Shown here: piece by piece, positions 26,745 to 38,671 of the stretch
How positions within the stretch are numbered: position 1 is the stretch's first letter
How the letters are laid out: each line of letters starts with the position of its first letter
Assembly: GCA_048772705.1 (NCBI GenBank)
Contig: JBLWGC010000115.1
Span: forward strand, 62,001-126,000
Direction: 5' to 3'
Source: Leidyana gryllorum EB-2025a
Taxonomy: Eukaryota; Protista; Apicomplexa
Length of the DNA: 64,000 bases
Position numbers and translations under genes: made by a program
Notes under the pieces: generated by a model
What the model saw: only the letters and a program-made list of their open reading frames with translations
The model's database searches: none
What the model was told of the DNA's origin: nothing

Positions 26745-27510
26745 TCAGAGATTCTCAGTGAGTTTGGAGAAGGTTTCGGTGCACACTGTGTCTATCACAT
26801 CCACTTCGGTTACTAACTCACATCGTTGTATTACCATCTTGGCAGCTACAGCAGTTGCCCAGTCGCCAGCCTTCACCCATACTCTGCCAAAAACATAGAT
26901 CCAATCCATACCAACACCGTCCCACCTGCCATTTTTCCCTACCGCCACCTCGTACGCGGCCGTCGCCCCAATTACAGTCAGCACAGTGCAGTAATCTCCC
27001 AGCAGTCTGCAGAGAAGCGAGCGTTTCGAACCGTCAGACACTCTTAACGACTTACGTGGATGCATAGGCCAGCGAAACATCGAATGTCAGCCCTCCCTTC
27101 AACAGCCCCAGATAAGTTTCACCGCTGGTCCAACTCTTGGGATCGTCAACGCTTATGCATGTCAGGGATATATCATGATGCTCAGTCGCGCAAGAGATAG
27201 CACATAGCACCACGTCTCCAACATTGAGGTTAGGGCCGTGATGACGAGTCGCGTTCATGAACGCCATGCAGTTCAGGTGACCCTCTTGGGCCGCATTTAT
27301 ATCCACACGCCATCCTTCGGCGTACTTGACGGTTATTATTCCCACTACAATATCTCCCAACTTGGGTGTGTAGCGCTTAGCAGTTGTGAGACTTTCGAGT
27401 CCATACGGATGGTGGGAGGCCTCTTGTCTAAAACATGCCTGCCGCACAGGGTCTTCAGAGCCTGTTTGACTCCCTATCTTTCCTTGGCAGTCTCCCGGCA
27501 ATCTCGCCAT
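26745..27510 (-). CDS. RRP40: Exosome cap subunit RRP40 (EXOSC3); 3 exons
   Basis: KRYTPKLGDIVVGII, AFMNATRHHGPNLNVGD, YEVAVGKNGR|VWV. A 42-nt intron lies at 26884-26925. Confidence 0.92.
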
Positions 27511-27546
27511 CTCTTTTTTTGAGACCTATTTTCATCCTTCTCCACC

Positions 27547-28733
27547 ATGAACAGGAACGTCTATGACACCGACTGTGTGACCTGGAGCCCCCAAGGCAGA
27601 ATCTTTCAAATCGAGTATGCCACCGAGGCCGTCAAACAGGGGAGCTGTGTAGTCGGTGTGAGAAGTAAAACTCATGCGGTGAGACAGAGACGCCCGCGGC
27701 CTATTACTTGATGTTCAGGTGCTGTGCGCCTTACGGCGGTCGGTTTCAAAGCTCGCCGAGTATAATGCCAAGCTCCTGAAGGTAGACGAACATGTTGGCG
27801 TTACGTTCTCAGGCATTACGGCCGATGCGAGTAAGCAATGAGTCCAATAGTGTGTCTTACCGACCTTCTCTAGACTTAATCGTGCGCGGACTCCGTAGTG
27901 ATTGTTTAAATCACCGATACATCTACGAGGAGGACGTTCCTGTCGAGCGTCTGCTCCACAAGTTCTCCAGCAGTAAGACGGCTAATGCGGCGGAATTACT
28001 ATAATCGATCTTCAGAGGCACAGCAAAATACACAAATGATGGGAAAGAGGCCATACGGCGTTGGTTTACTGGTTGCTGGACATGATGTGAGTAACAACCA
28101 CTCCGTCTGACTCATATCTGCCTAACTTTAGCACACTGGCCCTCATATCTACGAAACCAACCCAAGTGGGGACTTCGTTGAGTATTTTGTAAGTTCTGCG
28201 CGGGCGCAAGCTTATGATGCTTGGTTTGACTTTATGTGCTGGGTACATCTTTCACTTATTTGAAGAAGGATGCTTCTATGGACATGACTTTTACTTCCTG
28301 GACGTGTAGCCTGCTTAGCTGAGCGTGACTTGATGCGCACATCGAAGTCGGCTCAGCTCTTAGCATGTGTGCTGTTGCGTGTGCACTGTCATGTGGGTTC
28401 ATTGGTGAATCGGTGCCTTTTTGCAGGCTACTGCATTCGGGGCGAGATGTCAAGCTGCGAAGACCTTCCTCGAAAATGAAGCTGACAACTTCCCCAATGC
28501 CACCCCCGACCAACTAGTGAACTTTGCTCTCCGAGCATTGGCTGCGACAGTCGCTGCTGATACCGAGTTGGTCGGCGATGCTCTCCACTGTGGGATTGTA
28601 GGCGACCAGACGCCTTGGAGAGGTGAGTCATTGGGCGACTTAAAGCGAAATCAAAAGCTCATCAGTGCTAGAAGCGTCGGAACTCGATGCTAAATTGCAG
28701 GAGTTGAACCTGGTTCGCTCGAGTTCTTCTTAG
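27547..28733 (+). CDS. PSMA1: 20S proteasome subunit alpha-6 (PSMA1/PRE5); 7 exons
   Basis: The spliced product [33 protein letters not shown]...GITADAR...[11 protein letters not shown]...PSG...[14 protein letters not shown] carries the alpha-6 signature. The ORF track does not show it as one unit. Confidence 0.95.
28189..28426 (+). ncRNA. Candidate intronic structured RNA (snoRNA-like) in PSMA1 intron 5
   Basis: The intron is 238 nt against about 45 nt elsewhere. It has a long nested hairpin (28282-28394), a C-like ATGATG (28214), a D-box CTGA (28319) and a 14-nt complement to the 18S 3' region (28286-28299). Confidence 0.45.
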
Positions 28734-28813
28734 AGTAGTATACCCAGATAGAACAGCGGGAGGGTACAAAAAGACGGCTGGGAAGTGGCCGAAATTTTCT
28801 TTGGGGTTAGCCC

Positions 28814-31181
<2,368 letters not shown>

Positions 31182-31255
31182 TCGCTCTTTTTTTGGTCGT
31201 AGCTACCGATTAGCAGAAACTCCCTCCAAAAAAAACACTACTAGCATGGAAAAGA

Positions 31256-31912
31256 ATGCACTTTCTCGATTGTAATCCAACATGGCCCGGGCTGCAAGTG
31301 TGCTACCAATATGTCAGAGGCGGAAGTCGTGAACTGAGTGCCAGGATCGCGGCCAGTAATGGAGAGCTGCAGTGCTCAGGCATCTTCCAGCCGGACGGAG
31401 TCTCGCTGGCCGTACCGCACCTCGAGGTTCCATTCATATTCCGTGCAGACAGGGTGAGTGGACTATATATTGGCGCTGACTAACGATATGTGATGGGACA
31501 CGTTTAGATAGTGGCACTGGAGCAAATCCAAATCGCTATTCTGAACGCTCTGGACGCTAGCGCTCAAAGGACGAACAGACTGAAAACATTCAAAAGTGAA
31601 GTTTTCTCCAGACTCTCTAACGACTGGGGTATCGCCGAAGCTTGCAACTTCTTCGGCTCTGATCCGGATGTGTCGCCGTACTCCCTGTTCGTTGTACTCT
31701 ATAGTTGCCCCAAAAGTGAGGATATGAGCGAGCGTGGGGCTGGGGTCGTGCGAGAGAGCCTGAAAGAGGACTTTGAAGGTGTTGAGCAATTGCCTGATAT
31801 TCTGGATAAAAGTGCACTAATGAAACATTACAAAATAAAACCTGTAGAAGTGTCTTTGCGTGGTGGACTGGAGGCCGCAGTTTTGTCAAGAATATCTACA
31901 AAAGGCATTTGA
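31256..31912 (+). CDS. CGI121: KEOPS subunit CGI-121/TPRKB; 2 exons
   Basis: Intron 31454-31507. [15 protein letters not shown]...[13 protein letters not shown]...IAEACNFFG...MKHYKI...[12 protein letters not shown] matches the CGI-121 pattern. Confidence 0.8.
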
Positions 31913-31916
31913 TTCC

Positions 31917-32998
31917 ATGGTTGTGCTCATTACTCCGGGCGTGTTTTCTGCTGTGCGTCTTGTGCCACCGGCGTTAATTGCTCTCGCCACTGACACCCCA
32001 GACGATGTACGCCAAACCAGAGTTTTTGAACCTACGGCTGAGTATATAGTGGGACTCGAAATTCCGGCCGGGGTGGAGCAAAAGGAGAAGCACTGGTATG
32101 GCTACACTGGCGAGCTGAGCCCGTCCACGGAGAACGTGAACGGCGGCGAAAGCCCAAAAGAGGCTGAGTACTTCGAGGAGGGAGACGCCATCCCCCTGAC
32201 AGCGTGTGGGAAGATTTGGAGGGACCATGGGAAAGACATTATTGTCAAGCTTCAAGCCCAGGCTGGCTCAGCCCCCCTGACTGACACTGGTCTGACGAAG
32301 GTTCACCGCAAAATCTACGAGTCGACCATTCAGGCATTGGACGCCCGCGTTTTGGGCATCAAGCGTTGCGACGAGTGCTCGGTGGCCATGTTTGACTCGT
32401 GGACTTCCTTTGACAAGATGCTCATGTGCCTCGATCCCTGGACCGTGGAGGGTGTTTCTCAGTCGGCTGAGAGTTTGAAGGCCAGACATGCGGCTCTCCA
32501 GCAAGCAGTGGCAGAGACGGCCGAAATCTTGCGAAAGAACATCAAGGGACTTCTCACGGATTGGATTCCGGCAGTGACCATTGTGCAGAAAGCAATGGAC
32601 AATCGCGAACAGTACAAACAGGGCGATCAGGTTGTGCTATTACTGGAACATTTTGTGCCCTGGCGCGAACATTTGTACAACATTGAAGACGAGAACAACA
32701 TCACAGAAGAAGCTGACCAAGCCAAGTGGGTCGTTTTCCAAGACGACCGCAGCGGCCAGTGGAGGGCTACGGCCCCAGCGAAGCGCGGCGAACGTTTCGC
32801 CAACAGGGCGTTGCTACACGAGGATCTTCGAGGTTTACGCGATGATGAACTCGTGGCGAAATCGGGAATCGAAGGGGCCAATTTTGTTCGTAAGTACATT
32901 CTCTCAAATCATTCAATCGTCTTCCAGACCACAGCGGCTTCACGGGAGGGGCAGCCTCCCTTGAGAGTATGTTGAAGCTCATCGCTTACGGCCATTGA
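31917..32998 (+). CDS. MYG1/UPF0160-family protein with degenerate catalytic motifs; 2 exons
   Basis: The C-terminal half is typical MYG1: KIYESTIQALDA, WIPA, PWREHLYNIE, SGQWR, LRGLRDDEL..KSGIEGANFV|HHSGFTGG. Intron 32890-32927. The N-terminal DHH motifs are substituted. Confidence 0.85.
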
Positions 32999-34435
32999 TG
33001 CAATTTGACTGGGATGAAAGTCCCATCGCGGGCCACCTCGATACTCTCAATGTGGTTCCAAGATGGGGTATCATTGGGCTCAGAGATAGTTGATAGCATT
33101 TTTCGTACCACATTAGGTCGAAAACTCATGTCATCAGCAGACCTTCCATCATACTTGTACGGTGTGTGTCTTCCGCTCCTGATCGCGGGCAGGATGTCAC
33201 TGTCCAGAACTTCGTTCACCCAGGCACGATCTGGTCGACAAGCAAAACCAACCAAATACGTATGTCGAGGTCTCCATCTCTTTCAAAATAGCTATGCCCG
33301 TCAATTTGTCATCCGTGTAGCTCACCTTGATGAATTCCACGGCTTCTTGTACACATATATGGCTATAGTGTGGTTTATCGTAGAATAGCGAGTCAAGTAC
33401 CAAAACCTGCGGGACAACTCGGCATGCACAGAATGCCAATTCACTACCTTAAACGGAACAAGCGAGTCAATGAACTGCAGAGTCTGCAGCGGAAACTCCG
33501 ACACATCTGAAACATATACAATACGCTCGTAGCCGGTCCCGAAAACATAGCCGAGGCTGATGTACTGTGCGCCGTGGTACACGGGCAGGAGCCGCACACT
33601 TAGATCGACTAGACGAGGTGTATCAATCTCCAGCAGAGCCCCGACTAAGGACATTTCCGAATGGTCAATTTCACTTAACACCTGCTTTCGTTCTGGGTCC
33701 TCGTCGATGACCTCAAAAGAGACCATTGCTACCCGACGCTCCGCTGGTTTCACCTTCAATGAGGCTTCGACTGAGTGTGTTGTAATGCGCTCATGTAACC
33801 AATTGTGCGGCTTAATCAGCAGATTACCTATGTACCCAAATGCTTTCTTGACCTGTTTCATCGTTTGACGTGTCAGATAGACGGGTAGCTTGTTGACAGC
33901 TGCGTATATTGGATTGCCATCTGCACCGGGCTTGGCCGTGAAGCCGCCTTGCACGTCACGCAGGTCATCCAATCCTCCTACAGCGTCGGCATGATCATGG
34001 GAAAGCATCAACTGAAGTCAAGCCGCCGTCTTTACAAGTGCCATCATTGGGCATATCCGCCATACCGCGTCGATGTGGGATATTGCAAACTTGGGAAACC
34101 ATCTTAATACAGAGCTACGAAATGTCTTTCCGACATCCAGCAAGAGATGTCCGTCTCTCTCAGCTGGATCCTGCTGAGCCAACACCACCAGACCACAAAT
34201 ATTGTCTCTCCGATTGGGATGGTTTGGATCGGCATAGGCCGATGCACACACTCTATGTCGAACTCTGGATCATTCTATTGTTTAGCACTCACTCGCAACG
34301 GCGTTCCCCGTCGGGCAAGTCGTGGTATCGGTTAGCTACGGTGGTCAATACATGGTGTAACTGAGGCACAGCTGAGCTGGGACCGGTGCCAAGGAGGATG
34401 ATACCACTTCGACACTCATTGTGCTGCCCTGACAT
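32986..34435 (-). CDS. Metallo-beta-lactamase-fold hydrolase, PhnP-like; multi-exon
   Basis: ILLGTGPSSAVP, NRRDN, LLDVGKTFR, LSHDHADAVGGLDDLR, LPVYHG, YVSDVS, EVARDG. Confidence 0.88.
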
Positions 34436-34482
34436 ATGCGACAGAAAAAAAGATAAAAGTGACTAGGTGCGAGGGGGTGAAG

Positions 34483-37400
34483 CTACTCCTCATCCGGGAA
34501 GGGGTAATCTTCTTCCTCATACACTGAATATTTGAGGTCTGCTTGGTCTACCATCAAATACTCACCTCCAGAGTCATCAATGAAGTCATCTTCTGTCTGT
34601 CCACCTCGTCCACCCCGAGTCCCTCGTTTCTTTTGTTGTGATTCCGGCACGTACTGCGGTATACTCAGCGCAATGTCCTCCGCCTCTTGTTGGAGAACAC
34701 GGCCAACCTTTTCCTCGCGCTGACGAGCCAGCACTTCCATCCTCATCCTTTCATCCTTGCGTCGCTGTTCTTCTTGAGCCTCTAATTGCTCATTTCGGAG
34801 TCGCATCTGTTGCTTTTCGTGTTCCTCTTTCTCGAGCTTCTCATTGACTAAGGGTTCGACCTCTCGGAGTTTGCGCACTAGCGGAGCGATCTCCCACTCT
34901 ATAACTCTTTTGATGTGCTCATCACGTGGCATTCTTTCAAGCTCGTTGAGCGAGGCGATCTCATCCTCTCCCCGGCTGGACGGTATCCGTGGTGGGTTCT
35001 CTTTACGGAAACAGCGAGCGGGCCAAGGTAACAAGGCCAGACTTACTGGAAAGTCTTGTGTCACGAGCTCGTGGATGTTGAAGTCATACGGATTCTTATA
35101 GGTTAGTGAGGCCTTTCTCTCGTGGCCTGAAGGATCCCGCGCGGCCCATTGTTTCTTGGCTCTGACTTTGTCCCGCATGAGTGACTGCCAGTATTCCTGA
35201 ACATCCTGAGCCTCACGAATGACGCGTCGCAGATGCTCAAGATCTTTCAGATCCTCTTTGCGCTCTGTCAATTGAACCAGCGAGAGTCTGCGGACGTTAG
35301 CCAAGGCGTATCGCTCCAGCAAAGTGGGTCCCTTCATCCTTTCCCAACCAGTCGGTACCGGGACGTCCTCGAGCTTCCCAGTGGTGGCTCGCTTCTGCAG
35401 TATCTCCAGTGCTCTGGTGAGATATGGCTCGATGATCCGAGCCAACATACCACTTTGCACGACACTTCCCAACTCCACCAGGAATCTGATAGACTCCACC
35501 AAACCGGCGGGGTTTATCCCCGCGCTCACTTCCGCAGTTGTAGCCTCGTCTCCTCGGGGAGTCAGGATCGCATACCCGACCGTGGCTGCCGCGAGGTCGA
35601 CCGCTGTTTCGATTCCCTTTTGCAGCTTTGCTGCATGGGTTGACGGGGGTTTACGTGTGGTGGCTAGATACAGTGCTGACTCTTGTACCATCACAAGGTC
35701 GATCAGTGGTCTGTCGAGTATATGGGCGGCATGCTCGATTTTCTCGCTGATGAGGCGGAGAATTTTCGCAGCGGCCACCATTTGGTCAAGTTCGCGACAA
35801 GCTCGACTCACAAGCCAAATCGCTCGCCAATTGGTCGGGTCATTTCGGATAGCGCTTCGGCCCAGATCTCTCGCTTCTTGGAACAACACTCTACTGTTAC
35901 TCCGTTGGGATTGAGAGCTTCGTCCACCGTCGCCTCCCCGTTGCTGTCGCGACTTGTCTCGCTCCTCCTGCAGTTTCCGCCGTTGAGCCCGCAAGTACAG
36001 ACAATATGCCTGGATAGTAATGATCCGACTTTTGATGGATGCAGGCATTGGTAGAGCGGTCGGATCCGAACTAAGTCTCATTGAGTCTTGACGGAGGTAT
36101 TTGTCGAACAATTCCTTCGTCTTATCGGAGAAGCAATCCATACTCACTCCTTGGCGGTTGAGATAGATTATCTCGATACATTGTGCATAATGTTCCCATA
36201 GTTGTTTGTCATTGCCACCGTTTGCCTGAAGCTCCGAGTTGATGATGGACAATAACCTTTCCCCCAACTGGCGGGCTGTCAGCAGTCCTCCCTTCAACTG
36301 ATACGACAATGCTCTAATTAACATGAACTCTCGACGACGGACCAGATTACCGCCACCATTGGGAGCCCCAGCTAGTTTCTTGATCCTACTATGTAACTCG
36401 TCGTACATCCCACCACAGCACAAAGCGGTCAGCGAGCACAGTTCCACATTCTCCAGCAGGTGCTGATAGTCGCGAAGAAGCAACTGCTCTGGCGTCTCAT
36501 TGGGCATCGCGTCGGCGTCCAACTTGGTGTCCTGGGACGGCGGCACCAGGGACTTGTGATGGTTCAGGAACGTCTTGACAGTGACCTTAAGCAGACTGAG
36601 CGTTTTGAAAGCAGCCTCGGACCGCCCAGTGGCACTTTGTAACGTGGCAAACTGAGTAAAGTATGAAACGGGGACGCTCCTTCTGGCCAGTAAGTAGCTG
36701 ACAATGTCCTCATCATTCCATTGGTCGACACTCTCCCTAACGGCACTTTCCTCGGAATCCTCGGTGATGACCTCTGGCAAAGCTTTCATCGCGGCGGCTC
36801 TAACCTTCGCAACGGGCGAAGCTCTTACACACGTCTTGAGAATACCCTTCAATGTTTCGTAGGCCGGCTCGCCACACGATTTGTGGCCTGCCACACTGAG
36901 TGCTTCGAGGCCATACAGTTGGAGCCGCATCAAACCGACGTTCTTCTGTATGACAGAAGAATTGTTCCTGAACATCTCCAGCAGCTCCTCCGCTGACACC
37001 ACCTGTCCGCTCTGTGTATTTGCAACCATGGAGTGAGCGAGCAAACTCTTGACTCCCAGTGAGACACTGGTTCCCCGCATGCCGAAGGCGCAACGTCGTA
37101 ACAGCGGGGCTCCATTGGCTTTGGCCGAACTCAATTGTCCTCTCGCCGCGAGACATCGAATTAAGCCAAGTCGGGCCCCACTGGTGAGGGTATAGTGGGA
37201 GAAGGAGAGAAAAGTCGCCCTTACTGTTGCGCAGAAGAATGACTGAGACTCGCCCGATACTCCTCCAAGGCAACGTCGTCGCGCCCTTGTTCATGCATTG
37301 CGCGGCCGTTCTGATAACTGGAAGAAGAGATGAGAAACGGACGCGGATAGACTCACAATAACTCCGCTAACAGGAACTTGTGATTGAACTCCAGCCCAGA

Positions 37401-38634
37401 CTCGCCAACCCGACTTCTCTTTGCAGCCGGAGGCCCACTCAGACACATCTCCTGCGCAGTGTTGAGTACCTTCTTTGCCTCTGGATGGAATCCTGCATCG
37501 CTCAGAACGTCCGAGAGTGCGAGACAAGCGGCGGGAGTGGATGGTACCTCGAGACTTGTGTCTATTTTCTCCATGAACTGATGTCATCATAAAAGTTGGG
37601 ATGACAGATTTAGGCGGCGCGAGTTACCTCAGGATCGATGTCTCGCGTCAGCCAGAGTAAGTCGCGAAGACCCTCAATATCCTTGACGGCTTGCGGGTCG
37701 AGCATTTTGCCCAAGTTCAACTGACAAATGGCTGGGGGGGTGGGAATTGGAGACACGCGACGGTAGCGTTTGGCTTACCCTGTACTTCGAGCAGAAGATC
37801 ACGGACAGTCTGCTGCATTGGGGTTTTGCGTTTACGCTGGTTTGCAAATTCAGCTTCAATGCAGGACACCACCTGCTGATAATTTCCCTCGGCACAATTG
37901 ACTGCTGCTTGTCCAAACTGAGCCCCACCGATCCCCGGCCGTTTATGATTGGCGATTCCGAATAAGACTTGCGCCTTTTCCAACAATCGCACGGTCTCAG
38001 ATGTGGCACTTTCCTGTTTGTGAACTTGCAGATATGCAACTTGAGCGAGGTACAGCAGCCCATTGAGAACGACAACTTGAGCTGCCGCCGTGACGGTGGA
38101 CGTTCGATTGCCTCCTTCCACTTTAATCCACTCATCCAGTTTGTTTCTCGTTCTGGAGCTTTTCGGTGGCTCTTCAGAGTCTAATGTCGGGAGGAGCATG
38201 ATTTCTCTGTGGAAATCATAATTTGTCAGCACTCTACTGACCTCAGTCACACCGCCCAAAGTCACCAGCAATCTATTGACACTCTTCTTTGCCGTAGTTA
38301 GTTTCTCATTCCAGTTCTCGTCTGATTCACACCTATGTATACTCAATAATAACTGGTCGATTGCCAGCACCGAGCCACATAGAAGCAGCTGGAAGAAATC
38401 TAGGATGGAATCCCCCTTGGGCCTCTTCGATTCCAATACGGAGCGCTCAACAAGAAGCAACGCTTCACTTGTTCTACCAACTTCTTGCAAGGCTGTTAGC
38501 AGCGCCAGACGGGCACGTAAAGGCAATTGGATGTCTACACCGTCCGCAGTCAATTCTTCAACGATATTTGCATTGTCCAAATCAACTTGGAGGATCCTGT
38601 CAAGGGTGAGTGGGAGTTGGAGTTCGACCCCCAT
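34483..38634 (-). CDS. TPR protein, CTR9-like (PAF1 complex); multi-exon
   Basis: The N-terminus VELQLPL...LQVDLD and the GAQFGQAAVNCAEGNY segment parallel CTR9. Helical TPR-like body, coiled coil, and a basic/acidic tail KKRGTRGGR..DDFIDDS. Confidence 0.55.
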
Positions 38635-38671
38635 CGCCCAAAAACCCCTAAAATCCCCCAAAGAAAACACA

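Noticed and set aside
28284-28330. PSMA1 intronic RNA as U3, U1, snR30 or a TPP riboswitch
   Set aside because: Only short partial resemblances. U3 box A, the U1 5' end, the snR30 m2/ACA motifs and the TPP core are all absent.
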